A stretch of 63,986 nt of DNA, counting the filler, from Streblomastix strix (Eukaryota), in the NCBI GenBank assembly GCA_008636045.1. It is 3 parts of 3 records of this genome, joined end to end, with 100 filler letters (N's around TTAATTAATTAA, not from the genome) between each part and the next. Parts side by side here need not be neighbours in the genome. Positions count along the whole stretch, not along the records: positions 21,993 to 43,866 come from SNRW01000346.1; positions 43,967 to 63,986 come from SNRW01000466.1; 1 more part is not named here. One strand, 5' to 3'. The notes under the pieces were generated by a model. It saw only the letters and a program-made list of their open reading frames with translations. It did no database searches and was not told the origin of the DNA. Below are positions 40,943 through 53,544 of the stretch, one piece after another; the stretch's first letter is position 1; each line of letters starts with the position of its first letter. Made by a program: the position numbers and the translations under genes.

Positions 40943-41191
40943 ATGGACGAAATTTATTAATTAGCCACAAACATAGGCTAATAATATAACGCAACATATT
41001 ATGAGATATTCAAAATATTCGAGGCATTAATTGAGCCAACTGTTTTAACCGATGAAGAAAAATAAACCGATTAGTAATTCAAAAATCACTATACATTTAT
41101 TGAACCGGTCAGCGATAAAACCGATGAGCTCATAAAATATATCCAATATCTCAATTTTCTTATGTCGTTAAATTAAGTTGATAATAATTGA
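40943..41191 (+). CDS. Viral hypothetical protein (82 aa)
   Basis: 249-nt frame with a TAAATG start. Confidence 0.55.
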
Positions 41192-41597
41192 CTAAGCTAC
41201 TATTTTATACGTCATTTACAAAATCAGCATATATTTATTTCTCTGTTTCATTAGCTTCGGAAATTATATATTTTTTGAATTGCATGGGCTAATTATTCAA
41301 ATCCAATTGTATTTTTATTTAATTGTATTTAAATTTAAAATATTTCTCCTGTTCATTAAACAGTTTATTTTTATATTCTTCTTCATCAACATATTATTTT
41401 ATGCTTTATAATTTATTTTATAAATTTAAAAATTATTTATTTATCCTCTGTAATTCTTTCAAAAGTGGATGGCGTTGCTCATTGCTATCTTTGATAAGTA
41501 TATTTTATAGGGCATCGATGGCTACCCTTATTGTATCCTCAATTTCAAAGTGGCATTTAACCAGTTCATTAAACAATTATTTTAAGGGCTTATCCAT
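41152..41597 (-). CDS. Viral hypothetical coiled-coil protein
   Basis: MDKPLKQLFNELVKCHFEIEDTIRVAIDALQ...; 3' end approximate. Confidence 0.5.
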
Positions 41598-41636
41598 TTT
41601 ATATAAAAATAAAATTTTTGAACCTAGAGAAAACCA

Positions 41637-43565
41637 TCATTAATTTTAGTAGAATGGGTTAAATTACAATGCATGGTCTCTCCAGAATACAGTAGTTCCA
41701 TCATTATAGAATCCGCCATCTGTTCCAAGACTTTTTGCACCCCATAAGATTGTATTACCTTATGAATAATTAACTAATCCGCCAGCAATAACCTAGCCAT
41801 TGAAAGTAAACGTGTTTCCATTAGCTGTTTATAAATTGAGTCTGATATTCTTATACCTTAATTATATGATACACCTTGAGTATCACCAATTGGATTAATT
41901 TATACTGAACCAGTTTGTGTAATTGGAAATAATTAATATATACCTCTTTACCCTGTAGGCAAAGCTGAATGTGTGTCAGTGGTTAATATATCAGTAATAT
42001 TTCCCTAAAATGCGCTTATATCGGTTTAATATATAAATGTATTATAAGTAAAATCATCAATTGAACACTATAATTCTTCATATCTATTTATACCAGTTCC
42101 AGAATATATTATCCATGCGCTATTCAAACCGCAAGATAACGAAGGGATAAACTAATACTACTATTTATCAATTCTTATATCACTAGTCAAATGTTAATTA
42201 AATTATATTTTTCCAAATCCACTTCTAGTATTTATTTTGAATTCTATTGAATTATCAGTTGAAGAATTTAAAGCATTAAACGTACATAATTTTATATACT
42301 AAGACTATTCAATAATTTGATATAATTTGCTTGCTAAAACGGATTTTATAGTATCCCCATTCGCTAGTAATATGTAGTTATTTGTTCCACCTGTTTTAAT
42401 AAATGTAGTCGCGGAAATGTTTCCATCATATGTTAATTATTGAGGATGAACATGGTCATTTCTACAGTAATAATCACTCGTACCATTAACTGCTGCGGCG
42501 GCATTTACCAGTAGCACATTTGCCACAGTTGGATCAACATTAAGGGGGTGTTAGTTCTGAGCACTGGCATATATATTAGATGTGCATGCCGTTCCCGTTC
42601 CTGAATCTTTTAGCGGTACGTCATTACTTAGATTTACATGATGGGTATGGTCAGATCTAGCATAAGTGGCAGCAGTGCCTACTTCACCTGTTTCGGTATC
42701 TGCGGAAGGTAAAGCAGACGAAACTTATAGTGGATGTTAATGGTCCCCTCTAACATAATCATTTTAAATTCCTGCAACACCTGCGCCACTATCAGCCAAT
42801 GGCACCGCATCACTGGCTGGTGATACCTAGTCTGGGACCATATCACCACTATTATACCAATTATCGGAGTACATCCATACGGTCACTGACACCGCACTGA
42901 ATGCAAAATCACCAACAACGGAATTTAGCAAATTTTAAATATCTGTGTTCAATAAATAATATCCCCGAAAATGCTACTATCGCGCAAGCTCTTACTAGAT
43001 GGTTATTATATCATTTTTTACCCCAACAATATCAGCGTCAATGGATCCGATAGTAGATTATAATTAATTTACTTCATTAATTAATTAGTTAATTTAGGCG
43101 ACGAAATCAAAATTTAGAACCTTTAAATTCTTTACCGTTAACAAACCATCGGGGGCAATTTTTAATGCAAAATCTGAAGCTTGACCATCAATGATTTAAT
43201 TATTGGCAGCATAAACTAAAGCGTTATCGTTATCTATAAACAATTAATAATCTTCANNNNNNNNNNCATTCTACTAGTCTTGAAGAATTACAGCCTCAGA
43301 TAAATGAATCATCCTTGGCTAATTTTCAAGCTAGCATAAATTTATTGGGGTACATTGTTTTAGTCGCTTTTGAACCATTATATAATGTAGTAGCATAAAA
43401 TAAATTATCATTATCTATAAACAATTTATAATCTTCATTTTATAGCATTCCACCCGCAGAATTTCCCCCACGTTTCGAATACTGGATATAATAAGCAATA
43501 TCATTAGTGATTAATTACCTAACAGTTCGGATTTGCTATTATGAAAGGCCGTTATTTCTTTGCAT
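41637..43565 (-). CDS. Phage-like tail-fibre / receptor-binding protein (assembly gap at 43257-43266)
   Basis: Coiled coil, FRGYY..GDFA..W module, repeats YVRGDHQHP, YARSDHTHH, YASAQNQHP and YCRNDHVHP, then ATTFIKTGGTNNYILLANG and a beta-rich C-terminus. Confidence 0.75.
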
Positions 43566-43615
43566 TTTATTTCTATAAAAATAAATTATTTTAGTGAAGC
43601 CATTAATTGAAAACG

Positions 43616-43822
43616 TCAGCGTTTATTTACCAATCTATCTACTGCTCCCGCAAGATTATCACCAACACCAAGTGCTGACCCGATGCCCTGATGAATCATT
43701 CCTGCTGGACCCGCTACCGTACATAATACTTTATGAAGAGTTGGAGCTATCCATTATGCAGCATGTTTTACTTCACCTAAAATTTTCGGACCAAAATTTG
43801 CTATTTTGCTGTAAAAACCCAT
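43616..43822 (-). CDS. 68-aa Gly/Ala-rich amphipathic protein (MG start), pVI-like candidate
   Basis: MGFYSKIANFGPKILGEVKHAAQWIAPTLHKVLCTVAGPAGMIHQGIGSALGVGDNLAGAVDRLVNKR; 207-nt frame. Confidence 0.7.
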
Positions 43823-43866
43823 TTACTTTATCATAAAAATAACAAAAATGAATGCCTGCGAGTGAT

Positions 43867-43966
43867 NNNNNNNNNNNNNNNNNNNNNNNNNNNNNNNNNN
43901 NNNNNNNNNNTTAATTAATTAANNNNNNNNNNNNNNNNNNNNNNNNNNNNNNNNNNNNNNNNNNNN
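43867..43966. other. Artificial contig spacer
   Basis: Exactly 100 nt with the TTAATTAATTAA linker. Confidence 0.95.
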
Positions 43967-46900
43967 ATAGTCAATCAAAAACCATAAAATGTAGCTAGTG
44001 AAGCACATAAATTGATTATGTGTTGATAGCAACGATGTTAGGTTTGTAGTAGGTTAGTCAACAGTTAATCCCTATGCCATCATTTTGTTATACATGAACT
44101 CACCAAACTATTCAATTGAATTGTTATATGTTAATTTCCTCCATATCGGTGCTAAATTTATGTGTGAATTATATACATCTCATCAATGTGCCCCTTAATA
44201 CGAACACAAAATAGCTATCCCTTGTCAGTATATCGATCGGAGCTCATAATTATATCTCGAGCTTTCTATTTCGAACTATTAGATGTACATTTGAAATAAC
44301 TAGTTACTCCCCCAGCTTGATATATTCGATTATTTATATAAGGGTTATTTTTGTAGAAGATACCACTAAATACACTTGGATAGAGAAAGTTGAAATCTAA
44401 ATCAAAGATGTGAGTAATTATATGTTAGGTGTCATATAACGTAATTGTTTTAGTAACATGATTATATCTAAGTTTGTTAATATGTGTGATACATATCAAA
44501 TTACATTAATGATACACATTAGACAATCCACCTTACATACATTCCTTTAACATATTATATACAGATTCATTATTAATTGTCATAGGCAGAAGTTCATAGA
44601 TTGCATATTTCATTAATTATAATTATAATTTACTAATTTCATTCTCTCTGTCTGCCTTTACTGTATTACATTTTTTACAAGCTAATTAGCTATTTTATTT
44701 TGTATAATTATTTGCATTATCTATTCTATCTAATGTACGTCTATTTTCCTTAGTAAATTTGTTGTGGCGGAGATGACATGTTTCATTAAATACTTTATCT
44801 CTAATCCAATCAATATCATCCTCATTAACATTATTAATAATATTTTTTATGCGTATTCATCTTGATTGATATATTCTTTAATTTTATTATTTAACCAGTA
44901 TTAAATAACTTTAAATTATTCATAATCATTAACTATATTATAATTTGCTGTGATGTCGTATTTTCCATAACAATACTTATACTAAATTTAACAAGCAATG
45001 TCAACGAATGATATATATCCTAGCACATCAACTTTCTCATCCCATTATATTTGAATTAGATAATTGATGGGGTTTATCATTCAAGTAACATCTCTAATAT
45101 TATAGTGTTTTAGATATGCCCACCTGTCAGCAAAATTTCCCGAGTCAGTGATATATTATTCATAATCATCATGGCTAATGTTTTTATCGTTCAGTTTGTC
45201 ATAAAATTCTTCCTTAACAAATGTTGTTAGAGTTAATATTTATAAATAATTATCATAATTGAATGAACCATATGGAAATATCCTTTTTATTAGCCTTATA
45301 CCTTTTAAACCAAATTCTTCTTCGAATTTCTTTAATGTGATATTTGGTGGAATGAATGATAATATATCAATAAATCTCAAATCAAAATCATAACTAATAT
45401 GTGATATCGTTGTTTATTTAGCTTATGTTGTTGAACCCATGTAGGAGTAATTTAGCTATTATTTTTAGTTAAGTATTTAATCAAGAAATTCATATCAAAT
45501 TACTTGGAATTAAACCCAATTACTGATATTTGGGGTTTATATGGCTTATAGTTTTTATCTTCAATTGTAATATCAGGTATATTTGATTAATTAGCTTAAT
45601 TAACTTTAATAGCAACTTCAAACAATTAGTTTATCTCTTTTTAGATAAAATCAAATCAATCACGCAAAGCAAAATCTAAATTACTAATAGTATCAGTAAT
45701 TGTAGCGGCTGATGCCACTGATAATGGTTCAAGTTAGGCATGCAAATTATCAATATCATTAATAATCTTCTCAATAGTCTCAAAATCAAATGTAATATAG
45801 TTTAATGAAAGCAAAAATTAATCTGCTTATAGTGATGCAATTAGTGTCTATTGTAATTTATTATTTGATACATGTGGATAATATGGCTTTGGTTAATAAT
45901 CTAATTTAACTTATTTAGCTGTCTCTGGACCCTAACAATATTTCAAACCTCTTACCAAAACACGTTAATAATTCTAGTTTTTTAGTTTTAAATATTTTCT
46001 AACAATTGCGGGGACATGTTTTTCTATTATTAAATTTATCAATATTGGTAATATACATATCATGAACTTCATCAACAAATGACAATGGAACTAATAATAC
46101 ATTAACAGTTAGATAGTCCTTGTCAATAATATACTCTTCAAATTTGTTAAATTATTCAACATCACTACAATTTTTTTATTTTTCACCTAATCAAATGTGC
46201 ATGTTATTACATTTAGTTTGAATACTTATTAATATTTTTCGACATCTGTTACTTAACTGAAACCTTTATATTGTTCGTATAGTTGTTTATTAGCCTTATT
46301 TAATCTGCTGCCAGGGTTAGTATCATGGAATTAGAGGAACAATTTAATGACATCGTATATTCTACTCTTTGTCTCAATTATATCAGGGTGTAAGGCAAAT
46401 GATGCTGTAATAAACCAACATATATTATACTCACAATCAGCATCTCTAGTAATTCCTTCCTTATTGAAGTGTTGGCATATTTATTGTAATTTTGTGCCTA
46501 GTGACAGCATATAAATAACAAGCAAAAGCGAAAATAACGCAATCTTTAATGTTGATGAGTCCTCATGTGCATAATCTTAATATTATGCCAATAATTCAAT
46601 GGCATGCACTTTAAATTCCTCTTTACTGGTGATATCACGAATAACTATTAAACCTGAATGGTTTTTATAACTATTATCAGTATTTGGTCTTGTGAAAACA
46701 TAATTATATTCATCAGTAGTCTGCAAATGCTTATAAACTTATTACTTTTTCTACCAAATAGATCCAAAATCAATATATATTTTAAATGATTTTGCTTTCA
46801 CTAGCTATTTCTCATAGAAATGATTATAATAGTATTAGACATATGGCACTTTATTATATATACCTTTTGATACTATTAATGTATCAGGCAAGCCTTCAAT

Positions 46901-47230
46901 ATTAACCTCCTTTCTATCCAAATATCTCTAATGAGTTTGGGCTAGAGTTGCATACACTTATAAATTTAATGATTCCGATTTTTAAGTATTAAACTCATTA
47001 TATAATCCTCTATCGTTTCCATAGTACGTTTTAATGAAGTTCTTTGTTCTCTAATCAAATTCTTTAGCCCCTATTTCTACTAATCACAATAATTTCGGTA
47101 TAGCATTCAGCACTACTGACTATCTTATTTTGATTTATTTTTTCTCAATTGTTTTATAGATTCTTTTCATTTTTGACAAATATATTCGATAGTTCTAATG
47201 CAAGTACGTAGTTTTTAATTATCAAATCAT
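43967..47230 (-). pseudogene. polB: pPolB of a third lineage, degraded, C-terminus cut by the contig end
   Basis: YNICWFITAS (~46420), YITFDFETIEK (~45785), IGFNSK (~45510), YLKHYNIRDV (~45100), TLDRIDN..ACKKCN (~44700) and LDFNFLYPS (~44385). Confidence 0.88.
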
Positions 47231-48067
47231 ATTAAACTTTATAAGTAAAAATAATGTATTTTTAAAAAATATGTTATATCTAATTTGTTTTTATTTTCGA
47301 AATACATTCATTAATTCAATTAAAATAAATTAATAAATTTTTTCTAAATTTTCGGTCATTTTTTCATATTAAATCAATTGTTTTTGAATTAAAATGTATT
47401 AATTATATTATAATTAAAAGTGAAACGTACTATATGATCGAAATTCATTTTTGAATCAATAAATTTTAACCTTAATTATACATTCGTTTCCTCATTTTTT
47501 CGTATCATTTTTGAGTCAAATTTTAATATGAAAAAATTGATTTAAAATTTTTTTCTTTTTCTGTTTCAAACAAATGGTGATAAATAAAACTTAGGTTTTA
47601 AATGTACTCTAAATTATCGCTCTATAATTATCTGAACTAAGATATTTATGATAAATCGTCAGCAATGTAGTTGGCCGTTAGTGGATAATTAAATATTTAT
47701 AATTTTGAATTTCAAGGAACGGATGTCTTTGATAACTACGCCAACGACATGAATAACGAAGTTTCTAATGAATTAACATCTACTAATTCTTTCTTCGACG
47801 ATGAAACAAAAAAACATGAAAAATAGTTAGGTTCATCTCCACAACCGCAAAATACGTTAACAAATATATTCATTTAATTTATAACTAAATATTTTTTCCC
47901 TTCATCAGCATATAATACGTCCCATATCGTTGATGATGGCTCTTGTAGAGTATGTGTATTCAATTTACACTTCAAATCAAAAGGTTTTTAAGGGAAAACA
48001 AAAGAAGCAGGTCAAATTGCAGATTCGATAATACCTGCTGATGGTAAAAGTTTGGGATTTCCTGCAA

Positions 48068-48893
48068 CTATATATGGGAGTATCCGATCACAAACAACCA
48101 CCTCAATTTTTTTTAAAAATAATGTAACATGATTTAAAATTAAAAAAAGTTGGAGTTGTAAAATGTTTAAAAATCCACCATGATGGAATTGCGCGGAAAA
48201 TTTTTTTTGGTTCGCTAACCAGCGGTAGGTTGTACATGCTCTTGAATTTTATTTAATTTATTTTATAAAAATTATTTATTAAACATTATTAATATTTGCG
48301 ATATTTTTAGGCACCAGCGATGGAGAAAAATACTTTTTTTTATATTTTCCATTTTTTGAAACATTCAAATAATTATTTTTATTAATTAATATTTAATTTG
48401 ATGTTTTTTATTTTATAATTAAATTTTATATAATAAAATTGATAATTTTTAATCTACATGACGCAAATTCGTGATTTTAATATTTTCATTTTCGCGCATT
48501 TGTACTTTTGTCGAAATAAATTTAATATTCGAATTTTATAATTTGTATTTTATTGTTTATTTACATAAATTGTCATAAAAATCTAAAATTAAACATTGGA
48601 TGATTTGAAAAATAAAAAATAAAGAAAATCTTCGTTTTTGCTTGTGCCAGTGCCTAAAAATATCACAAAAATTAGTTATATTAATTATTAAATTTAAATA
48701 AAATAAATTAAATAAAATTTATTAACATATGTAAACTCCCGATGGCTCTCGAACCAAAAAAATTTTTGCGCAAATTCGCTACGATGCATTTCTGAAGATT
48801 TTACAACTCCAACTTTTGTTTGTCTTAAATCATATTATATTTTTTTCAAAATAAAAAACAGAGTGGTTGGTACTGATCGGAAACACTCATATA
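48068..48893. mobile_element. MITE/foldback-like non-autonomous element with ~300-bp imperfect inverted arms
   Basis: 48068-~48370 is the inverted counterpart of ~48590-48893 (e.g. AAAAGTTGGAGTTGTAAAAT / ATTTTACAACTCCAACTTTT; GATATTTTTAGGCAC / GTGCCTAAAAATATC). Ends are TATA-rich; no ORF. Confidence 0.75.
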
Positions 48894-49149
48894 GAACAAA
48901 AAGCGAAAGAAAGAATGATTTTTATGTGAATTATTTTATTGTAAATGCTCAACTTAAAATTCTATACTTTTAATTATCTGAACCATAAGAGTCAATCCCA
49001 TAAGATTCTGTTGATATTTATAAATATTGCGCTAGTGGAATGTATTACTTGTGAAAAACAGCGCCAGCAACTTCAACGAAAAGCATTATTTTGGAACGAG
49101 AAAATGGATTAGGTATTGAATAGCTTTTAACTGCACCAAGGGCATCAAT

Positions 49150-49205
49150 TCCATTGAGTCAGAAATTTTTATCAAAAACTGCTGCCAGCTTGCCATTCTG
49201 CCAAA
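49150..49205 (-). repeat. Conserved intergenic viral element, copy 3 (core only)
   Basis: Reverse complement TGGCAGAATGGCAAGCTGGCAGCAGTTTTTGATAAAAATTTCTGACTCA. Confidence 0.75.
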
Positions 49206-49231
49206 AATAAGAAATAAAAATAAATGGTATT

Positions 49232-49600
49232 TCAAACATTAGTACTTATATTTTTCATTGGTTCTATAATTATATTCTACCACTCTGTATATCAATGGGT
49301 AATTTTTATCATAAATATTCATCGTTTCTTAACGTATCAAAATCTTATCTAAATTAGCCATTTTTATCTGCTCCATAATCATAATCAAAAAATGAACTAG
49401 CAACATCTAACCCTTTACCTATTGTTTAGCCGAAAGGGCCCAGTGCTCCAAGTATAGGTTTAGAAAACGGTTTTATGAACGGTTTATAAACGTTTTCATT
49501 AGTACATTAAATACTTATCCTTACTTTTTTAACTAATTGCATTATTTTTGAAAACACGTCGACTGCCATCGTTTATTTGAAATATAAATAAAACTTTATG
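49232..49600 (-). pseudogene. Amphipathic small protein relic (possible counterpart of 43616-43822)
   Basis: VYKPFIKPFSKPILGALGPFGQTIGKGLDVASSF. Confidence 0.4.
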
Positions 49601-49989
49601 TGTATTATTTTGGATTTGAATAAATGATTTTAATTTTTTGATTTTAAATGTTTCGTTAGTACTTTTCATTATCATATTGGCACATTGGTACATTGACTTC
49701 TAATTTTTATAATGAGTCAAAAATGCCATCAAGGTATGGACACCCTGACCACTTTATAGAAATTCATTATTAAAACCAAATTACCGTGCCAAAATCATGA
49801 ACTTTTATATTTTAAAATAGATGAGCATCAATAGTTCATTATTTCATTAATTATATATTGAACTATTTTATTTTTTTTTGAAAGTAAAAAGATGAATATA
49901 TTCAAAATGAAAGCTACACATTTACAACAAGCAGGAACAAATGAGGAAGTATTGTTAGGTAATGCGGTTACTTCATTAACTAATGATTG

Positions 49990-51603
49990 AGAAAATCATT
50001 ATTCTATCAAATAATCAAACCAGGATCATAAATGACAGCGTTGTTTGATAAAGAAATAATCATTAGTTTATCAGAAACAGACAACGATATTAAATAGACA
50101 TAAAATTCGTTCTTGTCAGTAGTGCTAACTGCTAATATTTAACTCGATGAAAAATTTGATAAAATTGACGAATCATATAAAACGGATTGGTTCTATTTGT
50201 AGGTCTCAAATCAGGTTCAAATCTTATTAGAGAATACACCATATATCACAGAGGCATTATCATTGATGGAAATCTATAGAATGACGTAACAACTCCATCA
50301 TTCATTTATAACATAATCAAGCCAAAAAAGTGAGAAAAATAATAGAAAACATATTCATTCTCTTTATGAGAATATTCATAAATTTGAAACTTCAGCGTGT
50401 GGAATATATATAAGTATGCGTGAGATTGATGAATTAATAGGAAATCAAACATCTGTTCCATATATAATTCCAATTCGTTTCAGAGATAATATTCCAATTG
50501 ACGACCTTTTGATATTCTCTGCCTTCACTGAATATCATAATGGCTTATTTGGTGATTTAAAAATAAAATTCAAAATAAATCCTCATACATTCGTTTTCCG
50601 TTAAGTAAATCGAAATATTTCAATGGTTAAATATTATACAATGAATATAGATGAATTATTGGGTAGTAGTCAGTAGAAGTTAATAGATATCGATTTGGTG
50701 ATCAGAAATTAGAGTCCGACATTCCAATATACAAAATAATTTACATAACTTGGATGCATTGTTGATTTGATTAAAGGACTACTTGAGGAAGTACTAACTG
50801 AGTCAGGATTGAAGAACTTTGTATGTGACATCAAACCCGTTACCATAAGAATAAAAAATTATATCATTACTGAGATTGCTGCACATATGGCAGGTTATAA
50901 AGCTACTGATGCATACTTTAATCGAGTCAGAAAATTCTACAGTTAACGTTCATTTGCCGTACTTGCTCAACGAGTAGAAATATGGCTATTTCCGACATCT
51001 CCTACATTTACTGGAATATGAACATCTTAAAATATTACTCTGTCTCACGTAACCGACTTCTTCCGTTTATTTCTTAAAGATGCAAGAGCAACAACTTGCT
51101 TAGATAATCCTTGCTATTAGAACAGGTTTTTAACTACCTATGGTCGCAACTTTCCAGATATGCTATTGAATATGCTTGTCCAATAATTCTTCCAATTATA
51201 ACTCAATGCATCAAATCTTGACCTGTTATTCGAAGCCACTAATGAATTTGAAGATACTTTGTCAACTCTAAGAAATACAGCTACTCGAGGACTGAATCCT
51301 TACAATGATTTAACAAGCCTTTTGATATCAATTTAATGTAAAAGGAACAGCAATGGAGTATTAACTTTCGATGAACTAGACACTAGGAATTAAATCACTT
51401 CTGTTGAATTAAGAGAAACGCCAATATATCAAGGGGCATTGGATACATATTATACTGTTGATGCAAGTGGAAAGAGACCACAACCTCCAATTCTATTCAC
51501 AGTTCATGACAAATTTTAGTTGTTCTCACCAGTAGTAGGTGAAAGCTGTAAATATGATACTAACCATTCATTTGATGAGGTAATTGGAACACCAAGTTCT
51601 TGA
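49990..51603 (+). pseudogene. Probable double-jelly-roll major capsid protein, disrupted
   Basis: More than 500 codons: LFVGLKSGSNLIREYTIYHRG, IPIDDLLIFSAFTEYHNGLFGDLKIKFKINP, TTYGRNFPD and NGVLTFDELDT. Size, strand pattern and context (KilA-N, ATPase, pPolB) fit an MCP; not confirmed by search. Confidence 0.7.
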
Positions 51604-52297
51604 AATAATTGAACATTTTAATTTTTTATTTGTACATATAACTATCAGCCTAAACACTAATAACAACATTAACTAAATAAGTTAATAAGTTATATCAGTT
51701 ATTTATTTTTTTTATTTCATAACAAATGGCATCGAATATAACTTCGGCATAAAACTTAAAATATTACACTTTGACATAAAGCGACGGAGTTGTTATCGGA
51801 GAAAACGGTTAAAATAATTTTGGTTTTGCATTACCTTTTGCGTTTGTAAATTCTGATAATTAAAGAAAAATAATATTCTGCTAATGTCATTGTTCAAACT
51901 AAGGCACTAACGAGAACATAAGCGTTCATAGTTCAATGGTTCAAGAGGTATAATATTTCGATTAATTTGTTGGTTATTGTAATGAATAACGAGTTTATAA
52001 GCCTTTCATGCAATACAACCACAAAATATATTTATACGTATGGTTCCATTAGAATTAAGAATTAATGAATATAAATTAACAAAAGTTAAAATTAATTTTT
52101 GAGAAGATGCTGGAATACTGATTCAAAGAAGTTGCTGAGCTGAATTAGCACGACGAACTGATGTTTATATTTTTGTTTATTTTTCTAGGAACTATTTTTG
52201 GTTGGTACAGTTCTATAGAGTAAAACTGTTCAAAATTAATTGATTTAAAAGTTAATCGTTATTTTTTATTTAAATCTAACTTTTTATCCGCTATAAA

Positions 52298-53493
52298 ATG
52301 GAAGCACAAACAGCATCAACTCAATAAATTACATCAAACAATGAAATTTTTATTCCTGGCACTTATATGATGTTTGGAATTATTATTCTTGAAAAAGATG
52401 GATACATTAATGCGACAAAAATAGTAGCTTTAATCAATGAATAGGAACATACAAACAAGCACTTAAAGACAATTAAATAGTCAATTATGTATTGAGAATA
52501 TAAACAATATTTGAATAATAAAGTTGCAGGGACAAAAACATCCGAATAAGTACTTGATTATTAATTGATAAATAATTATGGTAGTGACGTAAGAGGAATA
52601 TATATTCATATGGAATTAATAAATATCATATATATGAAAACATCGATAAAACATCTGCATTACGTGAATAAAAAATTGGAATTATTAGATGAAATAATAC
52701 AATTAGAACATCGATTTGATGATTCAACTCGTATGGCCGAATAAGCTTCTATAACATTAGATAGAAATTTAGAAGAATGATATGCAATAATCAATTAATT
52801 GAAAAAGTTAATTTTACAGAAAGAAAAAGAAAATAAATAATTAGAAACAAAAGCTGTTCCAGAAGGATATTAAACAGTTTATATATTCGCTGTTTAGGTA
52901 GAAGATGATAATGAGAATTATAACTCTGTTCTTAATTTTAGAAGGAGAAATAAATATTGTACGAGCAAAAAATTAATAAAAGAGTTGAAGGATAGTCTAT
53001 TATACTTTGGAAAAATATCAAAAAGTATGTCAAAAAATTATGAAATAAAAAATTTGTTATAAATACTGTTTAGAGATTAAATATAGTTTCATAAGTATAG
53101 ATACCTCTTTAAACCTGAATTAATGAATGATGTCATTAGTTTTATAAAGCACACGATGGAAGACAAATGAACGACATTATTTAATTTATTGTTGCAGAAA
53201 ATAAATGGAAAGAATATTGTTCGACAATAGAAAAAACAATTAATTATCCTCAAAATTATAAATAGAAACGGATGAATAAGAAGAAAGATCACTCGAAGGG
53301 GAGGTATAAGGAAACAAATAATTCAGGCAATTTGAGAATATTAACGATTTCAAATAATTTATTTCCTAAAATTAGTAATAATTATCTAAACAAACAACGT
53401 AAAAATTAAAGAAATTATATAAATTAGAGGATTATAAATTATGAAAAATAGAAGGTCTATTATGTTTAAGAACTTGTGCTAAAGATTGATTGA
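52298..53493 (+). pseudogene. KilA-N domain protein with coiled coil
   Basis: EKDGYINATKIV...RGIYIHMELI; internal TGAs. Confidence 0.8.
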
Positions 53494-53544
53494 TTAGAAT
53501 TGAATATAAATTAGTAAAGTTTTTAGATGTTTTGAGTTTTTTAG

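Larger units (their letters stand above)
27769..43866. mobile_element. Endogenous Polinton/Maverick-like virus, copy C (left end intact, right end beyond contig)
   Basis: AGTAGT terminus followed by a compact intronless array: integrase, mCP candidate, pPolB, KilA-N, ATPase, fibre and small ORFs. Few lesions. Confidence 0.9.

Noticed and set aside
41637..43256. Fibre gene as bacterial or prophage contamination
   Set aside because: It has in-frame TAA/TAG throughout and is contiguous with eukaryotic-virus genes.
36966..43836. ORF-track entries antisense to real genes (36966, 39214, 39549, 41323, 43594; also 4835, 5526, 19603, 20718, 21258, 29771, 30625, 59355)
   Set aside because: They are shadow frames opposite motif-bearing genes that open under TAR=Gln.
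21893..43966. Treating the window as one giant viral island, or TTAATTAATTAA as a biological motif
   Set aside because: Both spacers are identical 100-nt artificial linkers, so adjacency across them is meaningless.
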